Made by a program: the position numbers and the translations under genes. Of a stretch of 64,000 nt of DNA, positions 11,644 through 40,623 are shown one piece after another; the stretch's first letter is position 1; every line of letters begins with the position of its first letter. Origin of the DNA: Dictyostelium discoideum (lineage: Eukaryota); contig CM000151.3 in assembly GCA_000004695.1 (NCBI GenBank), positions 1,216,001 through 1,280,000 of the forward strand, written 5' to 3'. The notes beneath the pieces are model-generated. The model had not been told where the DNA came from. It ran no database searches and worked only from the letters and a program-made list of their open reading frames with translations.

Positions 11644-11975
11644 TTGAATAAAATTAGTAGTGATAGGAACAATTATAAATCATTCAAAATAAATTATTCC
11701 AAAGAAATTAGAGAGTTATTAGATATAATTAAACCAGCACAAAAATTAATTACAGAATCAACTCAAGTAAGAATAGATTTTATTCAGACAAAAAAGATTG
11801 ACCATGAAATATTTAAACCAATAATCATTAATATTGAAAGGGTTAATGAAATTAATTCTATTATAAAAGATAATGAAGAAAATGGTAGTGGTAAAAATGA
11901 ACAATTACCAACAACAACAACATCTCTAATGGATTATTCTAAAACAACTAAATCTCAATCATCAACATTATCATC

Positions 11976-12013
<38 letters not shown>

Positions 12014-15000
12014 ATTTAATAGTAGAATTAAAAAAACTATTAATAAAATATTCAGAACTTCATCAGATGTATATTAATCAACTTTTTGAAAAAGCAAACA
12101 AACGTGTAACCATTTTATTTGATGAATGTCCATTATTTATAAATGATAGTTTAATATTTAGAGAAATGGATTCATTAACAATGGTATACGATATTATATC
12201 ATATGATAGTCAAGAACATTGTTTCACAAAGAAATCTGAAAGAGGGACTTGCTCTGGTGTAATAATGAATAATGTATACTTTAAAACTGATAATGGCTGT
12301 GGATTACTTAGACCTGCAAAAGAGAATGCTGTATTTGAATTCTATAAAGATCTTTACCCTGAATCTTCAAAAGGTTCATCATTTGTTTCGCCAACTAGCT
12401 TTATGATTATTACTGAAATTCCAATTTTACCGTCATCTCCAATTGAATGTTCAAAAAGAAAAGAATTGATTGAATTTAAAAGTTTATATAAAACAAATCA
12501 TGCTAGATCAGTATACCTTAGAAATCTTGAGTTTGAACGTGATATTCTAAATTCAAGAGTTAGAACTAATGTATCGACCCAGGCTTCACTTTTAGTAAAG
12601 GGTGAACCACTTGATAAACTAATTGAAAAAAATCGTGATAGAATGGAACGATTTGAAGATTCATTAGATAATGAAAGTTTTGGTGCTCATATTTTATCAA
12701 GTTTATTATTGAATACAACAGATTATAAACCAGATAATATTTTCATTGAAAGTACTACAAATAAAATCATTGGTATTGATAATGATGAATGTATGGAATT
12801 TTATGAAATTCAACAAGGTGCAGATGGAAAACAATATGTCCATTTCAAAAATATATTATTTTTACTTAAGAAAAAAATGTCAACCAAAGTGAACCAAAAA
12901 ATTCGGGAACAATATTTGAAGCATCAACCAAATACTTTTATTTTATCTTGGTTATTAAAAATACTTGAAAAAGATAAGAATTATAAGAATTTAGTTGATT
13001 TAGCTTTTCCTGATGATCAATCACTACGTAATCAAACTAACAGTAGTTTAAAATTACCTTTTACATTTAAAAAAGGTTGGATAAATTCAATGTTATCAAG
13101 ATTTAAATTGATTAAAAGTTTATTAAAAATAAATAATTATAAAAATGGTGGGGAAATTGGTGGTGGCGGCGGTGGTGTTGGTGTTAGTAGTGGTAGTGGA
13201 AGTTTTTATGGAATAGTTAGTTATCAAGATTTATTTAAAGAGGTTTTGCCACTTGCATATATTTACTATCAACGATTGGAATCTGAAAGTATTGGAGACC
13301 CAATTAATCAAATTAAAATAGTATATGAAAGAGAATTTTCATTTGGAGATTTACTTTTTAAACATGATATTGAAGCAGAGCCAAATAAACATAAAACAAT
13401 GAAATTTGTTGAAAGTAAAGAAATATCAATTATTGAAACTATTAAAGAATTAATATTAAATTCAGGAGAAAATGATTTTGAATCACCATCTGATTTTATA
13501 AAATGGTTAGAACAAATTCTTATGTTTAAAAATTCTATTGATATTAGTAGTAGTAGTAGTAGTAGTGGTATTGGTGAAATTAAACTTCATGAATCATTTT
13601 ATAAATCAACAAAATCAATAATTGCAAATCTTTTTAAAGGTGAAGCAGATTTTAAATTAATTAATGATTTTATTAATTTTACAAATTTTAATATTAAAGA
13701 ATTATCAGAACCAACAGTATTTTCATCATCAAAAAATGATGATGGGGCTAATGAAATACAACAACCTTTACTTCATTCAACAATTTATTCAAAAAATTTA
13801 AAATTATTTGATCAAATCAAATTTATTATTAATAATTTAAATGTTAATATTGATTTAGTTAATGAAAAAGGTTTAACAGCATTAGATTTATCAGCAGAAT
13901 TAAATAATTTTAAACTTTTTATTTTATTAATTGAATTGGGTGGTGGTAAAGTTTTCAATTCATCAATTATTAGTAAATTTTATAATTCATTAAAAGCAAA
14001 AGAAAAATTAGAGTTTAAACCATATTTACAAGTTTTATTTCATACCAATCCAAATGCAGCATGGTGTATTTCTTTAAATTGTTTATTACCAGAATATAGC
14101 GGATCACAATTGGCTTTAAATAAACATATCAAAACCATTTCAACCGTTGTAAAAGGTAGAAGAAAAATTTCAGAAGAACATTTTTATTCATTGTTTGATA
14201 GATATGGAGAACCATTAAAAACAAATCAGTATGGTTCTAGTGCTGTACCTTCAATTAAAGATGAATATGGTAATTGTATTTACATTAAATTTAATCCACA
14301 ATTTCCAGGCACAGATATTGCAGTTACAAAATTATCAGAGTATTTATTTGGTCACTGTTCACCATGTTGTGAATTAGGTTCAATAGAAGAACTACCAGTT
14401 TTATTGGTTCAAGAGGTATATGGTGAACCATTAATTAATGTTTTAGAGAAAACACCGGAAATTATAGATAAACTTGATCCATTAAATATTTCAAAACAAT
14501 TAATAATGGGAATTTTAACAAATAATGCAGATGGTAATTTAGGTAATTTTATAATTACTTCAACACCTAAAAAACCAATTTCTAAATCAACAAATAATCT
14601 TGAAGAATCATGTGAAAATAAATTTAAAATTTATTCAATTGATAATGAACAATGTTTTATGCCATCAACTTCAAAACAAACAGAATCAGATACTTCACTT
14701 TTAAATAAATTTAAATTACAAGTAGAGACAGCAATTTTATTATTCAACCAAATGAATGACAATGTTCATCAAGAAGTAATTAAACGTATAAAATCATTAG
14801 ATATTAATGAATTTTGCGAAAAATGGTTACATTTTTTAGAGAAACAAAATTCATTATCATTGGTTCATTTTAAAGAATTGGGACAACAATTAAAAAATCA
14901 AAAGAAAACTATTGTCGGAGTAAATTTTATTAATGAAATGATGAAAACTTTTTATACAAAATTAGCAAGACTTCAACATCATTTAACAATTGCAGAAGAA

Positions 15001-17247
15001 AATATTACTCATTTACAATTATTAGAAAAATTAGAACCAATGATTGCAGAAAGAATTAAACCAATTTTAATTAGCTCAGCCAATGAATCAATTATTAAAA
15101 GATATTGGAAATTAAAAAATGGTTGTACACAAACTATTATTGTTAGAAATTCAAGTTATAATTTAGAACTTACTAGATCAAATAATCCTTCAGCATTTTT
15201 AGCACAACCAATTGATAAACTTAACCCACAAGATATTGAAAATCAACTTTGGGAAGGCCATTATGATCCTGAAAAAGCATTGAGAGAATTTAAAGAAATG
15301 AAAATAGAATTTTCAAAAATTAGTCAAATTTTTAATAATATTAATGATGGTGTCATTGATAGCATTTCTGATTTAGATTTAACAGAATTTTTAAAAAAAA
15401 CAAGTTTTGATAATTTAACAAAAGTCCAAAGTAATAAAATATTTGAAACTTTAAAATCAAGATCAATCAATATCATTCATATTAAGAATTGTGAATATTT
15501 AAAATTAAGAATTTTTAAACATTTTAATTTAGAGAAATTAACAGAAATTGATTTATCTGGTTGCACAAAATTGAAATGTATTAGAAATGGTTTAAATACA
15601 ACTTTAACATTGGCATCTCTAAAAATATTAATAGTTAGAAATTGTATAAAATTAATGGATTTAAAATTAAAAGCAGATAATTTAGAAACTTTAATAGCAT
15701 CAGATTGTTTTAAATTAAAAGAATTTGAAGTTAATTCACCAAATTTAAAAATTTTAAATTTAAATTCATCAATTAATAATCCTTTAATTTTCAATTGTTT
15801 AAACAAATATAAGAAATTAACATTTTTAGATATTTCAAAATCAAAGGGAATACCAGTGATTGAATTTGATTTTCAAGAATTAAAATTTTTAGATGCAAAA
15901 TCAATTGCAGGTTGTAATAAAGTAATTTTAGATTTACCAAAAATTGAATTAATAATTTTTGAAGGTTGTAAAGATTTGAGAGAAATTAAGTCAAAATCAA
16001 ATCATCATTTAACATGGAAGGCTTTAAAATCAAATTCAAATAAATTAATCTTTAATGAAAAACAAATTAATTTAAATTTAATTGGTCCAGATTTAAAAGA
16101 GTTACCAATTGGTTGTGAAAGTGAAATCGAATTAATTGATCCAAATCATTTTCAATTATATTATGGTGATGTTGATGAAATGAAAAATAATCAGGAAAAG
16201 AATTATTATAAAATTAAAAGTTTAGTAATTGGAAATATACCAAAAACTGTCAAATCTTTAATATTGCATGATTCATTTTGTCATTTATTATCACCTGGAA
16301 TAATACCTGATAGTGTAAAAACTTTAAATCTTTATGATATTAAAGCTCCATTAGATGTTGGTTCAATACCATCATCAGTAAAGAGTTTAATATTAAATAA
16401 AGGGTTTGGTCGTATACTAACAGAGGGTATCATACCAAATGGTGTTGAAAATTTAGATATATATGATATTAAACTTCAATTAGAGATTAAATCAATACCG
16501 TCATCAGTAATATCATTAAAATTTCATGATGGGTTTAATCATGATTTAAAACCTGGTATCATTCCAAATGGTGTTAGAAATTTACAAATTCAAAATTTAA
16601 AAAAACCATTGGTTATTGGCTCTATTCCTCAGTCTGTTAATAGGTTAACAATTAATCAATCAATACAATTTAAATTAATACCTGATATTATACCATCAAA
16701 TGTTAACTTTCTTTATTTATATGATGTTAAAGAAGAATTACAAATTGGTTCAATTCCTTCAAATGTAAAATCTTTAGCATTAAATTATAAATTTAATTCC
16801 CCATTATTACCAAAAATAATTCCAGATGGTGTGGAAACCTTAGATCTATATAATGTATTACAACCTTTACAGCGCGGTTCAATACCATCATCAGTTGATA
16901 CATTAACTATTCATGATGGATTCAATCAGATTTTAAGGAGATCAATCATTCCAAATAGCGTTAAAACTCTTCATCTACATGACATAAAACAAAATTTACA
17001 AATTGGTTCAATACCATCTTCAGTAAAAAAATTGATACTTCATGATAAATTCAATCAGAATTTATCTGTTGGTATTATTCCAGAAGGTGTTGAATATTTA
17101 TCTTTACATAATATCATACAAAATTTAGAAATTGGTTCAATACCAAAATCTATGTTACAAATTACATTTGAAAAAAGTTTTGATAAATCAGTACCTCCTT
17201 TTGTAATTCCTAGTGGCACTAAACTTTTATATGCAAATAAAAATTAA
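11644..17247 (+). CDS. FNIP-repeat / LRR protein with two divergent kinase-like modules, 1867-aa ORF; the true 5' end is unresolved (the ORF tool start is TTG, and a micro-exon may lie upstream)
   Basis: The C-terminal third holds at least 17 tandem ~22-aa FNIP repeats (e.g. DGFNHDLKPGIIPNGVRNL, DKFNQNLSVGIIPEGVEYL, YKFNSPLLPKIIPDGVETL). Before them is a Cys-containing LRR-like block (LSGCTKLKCIRNG..., IVRNCIKLMDLKL..., IASDCFKLKEFEV...). One ankyrin-like repeat reads KGLTALDLSAELNNFKLFILLIELGG. Two segments share HxD-K/N..N plus IDN[DE]xC motifs: LLNTTDYKPDNIFIE...IIGIDNDECMEF and ILTNNADGNLGNFII...YSIDNEQCFMP. Stop TAA at 17245-17247. Confidence 0.75.
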
Positions 17248-17469
17248 AATAAAAAAAAATTAATCATATTAAATAATATCAACAAAAAATTAGTATTTCT
17301 TTTTTATCTTTTTTAATAAATGAATTGATCTACTATTTCATCCTTATTCATTAATATTGAATCGATCAAGGGAAGTAATTATATTTGGAGATTTAAAATT
17401 AAACTTGTACATATTTATTTTATCAAAAGTTTATTTTTTCATCAGAATAAATAAAAATCTATTTTTAAA

Positions 17470-17512
<43 letters not shown>

Positions 17513-17761
17513 ATTGCGTTCCTGTTTTTAATTTATTAAAAAAATAAAAAAAAAATATTTTCAACAAAGCCCTATTTTTTTTTGATTAATTTTTTATTTA
17601 ATTTAATTACCAAGCACCAAAAATGTAATACGTTACTGTTTTTAAATTACTATTTTTTTAAAAAAAAATAATAAAAAAAAAAAAAAAAAAAAAAAAATCA
17701 TTTTTAAATTCGAAAAAATAAAAATATCATTTACAATTTTTTTTTTTTTTTTTTTTTTGAT

Positions 17762-20700
17762 ATGAATAAAATATTATACTATTTATTATTATTTATATTC
17801 TTCTTTGTACATTACCTTAATTCACAACCACAACAACCACAAGAACAACAACGAGAGCAACAACCACGACTACAACAATCACAAGATATCAATAATGATA
17901 TAATAAATATTTATGTAAATTCAAATTATACCAATAGCAATGGTAATGGTACCATAGTAAATCCATTTCAAAATTTATGTGTGCTTAATAATTTATTACC
18001 AAGATTAAACAATTTAAACAATACAATAATAATAATAAATATAGGATATGGTTTTTATGATATTAAAAAATGCACTTTTTCTCAATTAATAATAAAAAAT
18101 TATAACAATATAACTTTTATACCATATGATTTTAATAATGAGAATAATAATAATAATAATAATAATAACAATAAAATAGTTTTAAAAAATACATATTTAA
18201 TTATTACAAATTCAACAATTAATTTTCAAAATGAAATAATATTAAATTTAAATGGTTTTTCATTTTCTTTTAGTCACATAGAGTTTAATGATGGAGTTGA
18301 AATTAATTTTCAAGGAACTTTACCAACGATAAATTATTGTAATTTAAAATTTAAAAATTCAAAATTTAATTTTTTATACTCCACATCTCATATGGAATGT
18401 ACAAATAGTTTAATTGAATTCATAGGATCAACATTGGGAGGTGGGGAAATTATATTTTATTCAGGTTTAGAACCAATAAAAGATAGTGGTATTATATTTA
18501 GAGATAATAGTTTTTCAATAAAGAATAATTTGAAAATGGCAGTTTATAAATTACATGTTGAAAATTCAGTATGGATAGATTCAACAGTATCAAGTTTTTC
18601 AAGTATTCATTTCAATGAAACTAATATTTTTAAATCACAAAATCAAAATGATAATCAACAACAACAACAAATAGAAGAAGATAATCCAATGTTTTCATTA
18701 TCAAATCAAGATTTATTTAAGATTAATGTAATTTTAAATATAGTGAATTGTAAAATCAATTATATTGATCCACATCAAGGTGAGACAAGTTATTCAATGA
18801 TTTCAATTTTTTCAAGTTTTCAACCAGTTATTCAAATGATTTCAATAAGTAATGTGGAAATCTCAGGATTTAATAGTAAACAACCATTAATTTTTCAAAA
18901 AGGTGAATCAAGTTCATTAGAAATTAATAATGTTCTCATAGAGAATTGTACATCATTACAATTTATAGATTCACAATCTGGTGATATAAAATTAAGTCAA
19001 ATGAAATTTAGAAATAATAAATTTAAAATATTAATTGAAATTAGAAATTCAAATCTTTATTTCTATGAAACTGGAATACTTTGTAGTGATAATAATGATA
19101 TAGGTTTAATGGTATCTTTTGATACTACAACCTATTTGTTAACAGAGGATGTAGAAACAGCAATAACAACAACAACATATGGTCGTAATAATATTTTATT
19201 AGAGAATTTAGTTTTTCAATGTTCAGGTTTATTTAATTTCATTAAATCTGATATTAGAATTGAAAGTGTTAGAATGGAATCATCATTTAAAAATTCATTA
19301 ATTTCACTTTATAATGATTGTTCAGCACAAATATCCAATAGTCAATTACTTTCAAATTCATTTGAATCAAAGTCATTATTCTATATAAATTCAAGTCAAT
19401 TATTTATATTTAATAGTGACTTTAGTGGTAGTACTGCATCATTTGTTTCAGCATGGAAAGATTCAATAATTTATTTAGAATCTACAAGTTGGAATAAATT
19501 ATTCTCAAAGGGTAAACCAAATTTTATTATCGAGGAATCCTATTTACATATTACAAATTCAACATTTGATGGTGTTCAATCATCTAGTGCACTAATTGAA
19601 AGTTATAAATCATATATTGATATTAGTAATACAACGATTAATGCATTTGGTAGTAAATCAATTCTTTATAGTGAATCTTCTCAATATGTAATTCTTAGTG
19701 ATTTGGTTTTAAATGGTTGTTTCTCTCAAGATCAATTATTTTATATATATCAAGCTCAAACAGTTGATATAAAAAGATGTATTTTTAATAATAATCGTGG
19801 ATATGGTTATAATTTATTTAAATTTATAAATTGTACCACTGTGAATATAGAGTTTACAAAGTTTATTGGAAACTCATTCTCACCATTAATTCAAAGTTAT
19901 CAATCAAGTTTAATTTTACAATCGATTACATTGATTGGTAATTCAGGTTCGTTCATTAATAGTATTGGTGATGTCATTGTGAAAGTTTATAATTTAACTT
20001 ATACAGATAATTTAATAACCTATGACTATTTATTTGTTTCTGAAAATACTCGATCGATTATTCTAAATTCCATAACTATCAATAATAATTATTTCAATAA
20101 TTTTTTATTCATTTTTGATAATGTATCAAATTTATTTTTTAATGATTTCACTTTATCAAATAATCTATTAAGTGAAATCGATAAAAACGATACACCAATG
20201 ATACTTTTTCAAAATTGTCAAATCACTTCATTCATTAATTTCAATATTATTAATAATTCAATTTCAAAATCATTATTCAAGTCTACAAATTCTAGATTGG
20301 TTTTTGCTCGATTAATATTTTCATCAAATCAAATCACTGGTATTGATAATAGTTTCATTGATTCTTTAACTTCAAATATTATAATTACAAATTCAATAAT
20401 ATCAAATAATAATGGTAATTGTAAAAGTTTAATAAATTTAAATGCTTGTTCTTTAACTATAGATTCAACTAATTTCCAAGGAAATTATTTCATTCAAAAT
20501 GGTGATGGATCAATTATTTCTTATAAATCTATTATCAATGAAAAGATTGGTAATAACTTTTTTCAAATTTCAAATTCAATATTTTATAATAATTTTGGGA
20601 AATTTGGTGCTGTTTTTTCATTTTATAATTTCTCACTTTTAAATGATACAAAATATCCAATCATTAATAATAATAGTATATTCAATAATAATAGTTTTAT

Positions 20701-22792
20701 TTCAAATACTGCCACTCAACAAGGTGGTGTTTTCTATACAAAAAATTTTTTATTTAATTTAAATTCAACTTTATTTAATTCAAATATTTTTTTAAATAAT
20801 ATTGCATTTTGTGGTATAAATTTTTCTTCAGGTTAGTATTATATAATTTATATAATAAATTTATATTTTTTAAGATTTACTAATAATTATTAATTATTTT
20901 TAGAATTTAATAAAGTAATATTTAAAAATAAAAATGTAATTAATGGTTTAAATTCATTAATTGAATATAACCTTTTAGATTATTATGGTAATATTTTTAC
21001 ACCATTATCAACTACTGTTAATATTAGTATAACAAGAGTATCAAATATGAAATCAATTATAATACCAAGTGTTATTATTGTTGGAGTTGGAAATTTTAAA
21101 TATCAATTTATTGGTGATTTTGGTGAAAATTATATTATTGAAACTATTAATGGTGATAATGATGATGATAATGATAATGATGATGATAAATCAAATATTT
21201 CATTTAAAGAAACAATTATGGTTTTAGGTTGTTTACAATATCAATATTTTAATGAAACCAATGATAGTTGTAATTATTGTTCAGTTGATTTCTCTTACAG
21301 TCCTTCATTAAAAAAATGTTATCAATGTGATCCTGATAAAATATCTTGTTTAACTTCATCAGTTGTTACAAATGATGGTTATTATTTAGTGAATCAAGAT
21401 GTTTCCATGGTTGAAGAATGTCCAGTTGCAATGTGTCTATCAAATAATACTTGTCTTTCAAATAATAGTTTTGGTAATTTATGTTTTAGTTGTAAAGATC
21501 AATTTGGAAATGTAATACAGTCAAAAAATGGTATAAGATGTTGTTCAAGTTTTAAACCAAATTTAATCATACCAATATTAATAATAGTTTATTTAATTTT
21601 TGGTTTATCATTATCATTATTAAAATATAATCTACTTGAAAAACCAATTGGTCAAATTATAATATTCCTTCAAATTAATTCTGTGGTATTCTTTTCATAT
21701 AGTGGTGTTTACATTTTACCATTATTCAGAATGTCAATTGACCTATTTGATGGAGTTTGCCTATTTAAAGGTTTAAATGCAAATTATAAATTTTTCATTT
21801 CACTTTTTATTATTACCTCATTATTTTTCATTGGTTCAACTGATATTACATTAAATCTATTAGAATTTACTTTAAAAAGAATTTTCAAATTTTCAAATTA
21901 TCCAAACTTTTTAAATAAAATTTTAATTGGTAAAGTTAATCAAGGTAAAATTTATAAATGGAAATCAATTTGGTCATTATATCAAATATTTATAATACCA
22001 TTATTATTTAATTCAATTTGTTTCTTAATTTCAAAAACTATAAATAATATTGATTATTTATCAATTGATTTTTCAATTAATTATAAATCAAAAATTAATC
22101 AACTTTGTATTACTCTATCAATTATAATTATTTTAATGATATCATTAATTTCTATAATTTCAATTATATCATTTTTAATTTTCAAATTTAAAACTTTAAA
22201 AAGAATTTTAAAAATTAATAATAGTAATAATAACTCAAATGATAATAATAATAATAATCAAAATTCAAATAATAGAAAATTAAAATCATATTTCATTTCA
22301 AAATTAAATTTAATATTTTTAAATTTTTATAGATTACAATTACAATTAAATTATAAAAGAAATTTTAAATATTGGGATAATTTAATATTATTAAAATCAT
22401 TATTATTAGTGATATTATCAATTTCTTTTATTTTTAATTTTAGTCATTTTATGACTTTTGTTATAACAATTCAAATCATATATACAACAATTCACTTTCT
22501 TTTTAATCCAATTAAAAAAGAACTATTACCAATAACAAATTTTAATAATTTAACAAATCTATTACAATTAATTATTTTCATCATTTCAGATTCAACATTG
22601 CTTAAATCAGTTTCATTATTTAATCAAGGAAAAATTTTAACAAGTTTATCATTTTTATTTTCTTTATTTATTTGTTTTAGTTATTATTATTATTATTACT
22701 ATTATTATTTTAAAAGAAATAATTTTTCAACAACAACAACAACATCAACAAATAATTTTGATTTTAAATCAAATCAATTAAAAAAATTATAA
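17762..22792 (+). CDS. Large secreted beta-helix-like (Pmp-like repeat) protein with Cys-rich module and C-terminal 7-9 TM domain, copy A; join(17762..20831,20904..22792)
   Basis: Signal peptide MNKILYYLLLFIFFFVHYLNS. About 1000 aa rich in N/S/I/F with recurring FxxN (FNNNSF, FIGNSF, FYNNFG, FDGVQ) and a QQGGVFYT motif near the end, as in Pmp repeats or a parallel beta-helix. Donor GTTAGT follows ...AFCGINFSS and acceptor TTTTAG is at 20898-20903. Exon 2 encodes the Cys-rich block CNYCSVDFSYSPSLKKCYQCDPDKISC...CPVAMCLSNNTCLSNNSFGNLCFSCKDQFG...RCC, followed by at least 7 hydrophobic helices. Paralogous to copy B (48510..53657). Confidence 0.7.
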
Positions 22793-22869
22793 TAAAAATA
22801 AATAATTATAGTAAACCAACCTTTATATAAAGTTTTTAATTTTTTTTTTTTTTTTCTTCTTTTATTTAA

Positions 22870-27718
<4,849 letters not shown>

Positions 27719-28093
27719 TATGTTATTTTATTTTGATTTGGTTCTTTTTTTTTTTTTTTTTGTTGTTACTATTCTTTTTATACTTTTTTTTTTTTTTTTT
27801 TTTTATTTTCTCCTGTATTCTTTTTATTTTATTTTTTTTTTCTATTTATTGTTTTTTTTTTTTTTTTTTTTTATTATTTTTTAATATTACAAAAATTACA
27901 ATTGTGCGCCTTAAAATGGTGGGGTGTGATTATTATTTACATAGAAAATGATTTTAATATATATTTATATTATAATATGTGTGTGATGTATAAAATTATT
28001 ATAGGTATCACTATTTTAATAGTGATGAAGTGGTGTGATTATGTACAAAAAGGATAGTGCTACTGTTAATAAATGAATATATCAAAATTTTTC

Positions 28094-28140
<47 letters not shown>

Positions 28141-29111
28141 AAAAAAAAAAAAAAACAAAATTTTTTAAAAAAAAAAAAAAAAAAAAAAAAGGCTAAAATT
28201 AGCTTTTTTTATTTATATGGGATTGTTTTTAAATTTTAAATACAAATAAATAATTAAATTAATTAAATTAATAAATAAATAAATAAATAATTAAATAAAT
28301 AGATTTTTAAAGGTTCTTTCTAAGGGAAAAAAAAAAAATAAAAAAAAATAAAAAAAATAAATCTGGATTTATTTTTATTAAAATTTATATATATGTTACA
28401 ATTATTTTTTTTTTTTTTTTTTTTCAATCAAAAAAAAAAAAAAATAACCAAAAAAAAAAAAATAGAAATAAAAAAAAAAAAACAAAAATAAAAAAAAACA
28501 AATTACCACAAAATTAAAAAAAAAAAAAAAAATTAAATAATTGAAAAAAAAAAAAAAAATATATATATTTAAATAAATAAATAAATAAAACTTTAATTCG
28601 AGTCTAATGATTAAAATTACTCACACCCACACATAAAACGTAAACCCCCAAAAAAAACCCAATATATTTATATTTATTTATTTATTTAAATTGTCTCCTT
28701 TGTTATTGCAATAATAATAATAATAATATTAATAATAATAATAATAATAATAAGTTATTAGATCTATCATATAAAATAAAAATTGTTTTAAATTTAGTTT
28801 ATAATAAATTATTTTCCTTTTTTTTTTTTTTTTTTTTTCATTTTTATTTTTTTTTCATTCTGTTTATTAATTTGTTTGATAAATATTGTTATTATAAAAG
28901 TAAAGTATGATTTTATAAATCATGATTTATAAAATTTTCTTTTTATGGTTAAAAAAAATATTTATTATTATGTTTTTTTTTTTTTTTTTTTTAAGATAAA
29001 AATAAAAAAATGAAAAATTAAAAAAATGAAAAAAATAAAAATAAAAATATCAAAGATTAACTTAGATTACCAAAAAAAAAATAAAAAAAAAAATAAAAAA
29101 AAATAAATTAT

Positions 29112-29129
29112 TTTGGCGCGCGGCGTTTT
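29112..29129 (+). promoter_or_regulatory. E2F-like GC motif TTTGGCGCGCGGCG in the AT-rich promoter, about 590 bp upstream of the HLTF/Rad5-like gene
   Basis: TTTGGCGC matches the TTTSSCGC consensus. It is the only GC cluster in about 1.9 kb of >90% AT intergenic DNA. GAATGACTT occurs twice nearby, at 29134 and 29219. Confidence 0.3.
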
Positions 29130-29270
29130 ATCCGAATGACTTGGAATAGTTGGAAAACCTAATTTTTACACAAAGATTCTTGTGTATACGATTTTTTTTT
29201 TTTTTTAAATTTCTTTGAATGACTTCTTAGTGATTTGAAAAAAAAAAACGGCTCAATTTTTAAAAACACA

Positions 29271-29306
<36 letters not shown>

Positions 29307-29424
29307 TATTATTCTTTACTTAACCTTATTTTTAAATTAATTTTTTTAAATCCATTTAATTTTTAATTTTTTTTTTTTGGGAATTTTGGAAAAAAATTTT
29401 TTTGAAATTAAAATAGGATTTTTG

Positions 29425-29467
<43 letters not shown>

Positions 29468-29701
29468 TAAAAATAATTTTTGTATCATTCCCATTTGCCG
29501 CAAAAAAAAGAAAAAAAAAATTTATTTAATTTAAAAATATTAAAAAAAAAAAATAATTTAATAAGATAGAAGCCTTATTATCTCACCCTCGAAAAAAAAC
29601 AAAACAAAAAAACAAATTTTCTAAAAACTTACATACATTCATTCATTCATACATATAGATAGATAGATAGATAGATAGACACAGATATATGCAACATTAA
29701 G

Positions 29702-35311
<5,610 letters not shown>

Positions 35312-35604
35312 TTGAATTCCATCAATCGTGCCATCTACCAAAAAAAAAAAATTTTTTTTTTTTTTAATTCCTTTAAAAAAAAAGATACTTGTTTTATTAT
35401 TATAATTATTTAATAGATTTTTGTTTAATAAAAATTCTAGAATCTTATTTTTAAATTAATTTTTATTTTTATAAAAAATATTTTTTATTATTATCTTTTT
35501 TTTTTTCTTTCTTTTTTTTTTTTCTTGGTTTATTTTTTTTCTTTTCTTTTTTTTTTTTTTTTATTTGATTGAAATATTTATTTTATTGATGTGAATTTAT
35601 TTAT

Positions 35605-39395
<3,791 letters not shown>

Positions 39396-39769
39396 AGTTT
39401 AATTTTAAAGTTGTAATTATTTGTAAAAAAAATAAAAAAAAATTAAAAAAAATAAAAAAAAAAAAATAAAAAAAAATTAAAAAAATAAAAATAAAAAAAA
39501 TTAAAAAAAAAAAAAAAAAAAAATAAAAATAAAAAAAAAATAAAATTAAAAAAATAAATAAAAAAAATAAAAATATTGATCAATATTCACAAACACAAAA
39601 AAAATCATACTTGGAAAAAAAATAACAAATTCTTACACACACCTTTGTTCAATAGATTTTTTATTAGATCGGTATGAAATATAATTTAGAAATTATTTTT
39701 GAACACCACACAAGATAATAAAAATTAAAAAAAACCATTTAAATTAATTATTTATTTTATTTTATTTGG

Positions 39770-39800
<31 letters not shown>

Positions 39801-40439
39801 CTTTATCTGGAACGATGTTTTGCAAAGCAACATATCCCAATACACCTTTTTTAATTTTATTAATTCATTATCTTCCTTTTTTCCCATATTATTTAAATTT
39901 GATTATCTATTTAATGGGGAATTAGAATGAGATATTTCTTTTTTTATTTTTATCAATTCTAACTTTTTTAAAAAAAAAAAAATAAAAAATAAAAAAAAAT
40001 AAAAAAAGTAAATTTGTTAAAGAAAGAAACTTGTTTTATTTTATTTTTATTTATTTTAAAAAAATAAAATTAAGACTCTTAATTATTAAAATTAATATTA
40101 ATTTATTTATTTATTTACTTATTTATTTTTTTTTTATAATTTCTAACTGATGTAAAAATTAAATTGAATATTAAAAACCATTTACTATCATATTTCCATA
40201 TTTTATCCCTTTTAGGTTTGGCAATAAATAAAAGAAAAAAAAAAAAAATGAAAATCCATTTTTATTTTTTTTTTTTTTTATTTTTTTTTTTTTGATATAT
40301 TTTTTAACAAAATAAAAAAAAAAAAAAAAAAAAACTATTGAGGTTGTATTTTAAAAAATAACACATTTTATTTATTAATTTTTTTTTTTTTTTTTGTGTT
40401 ATTATTAATTATTTTTTATTTTGTTATTATTTTTTTTTT

Positions 40440-40620
<181 letters not shown>

Positions 40621-40623
40621 AAA

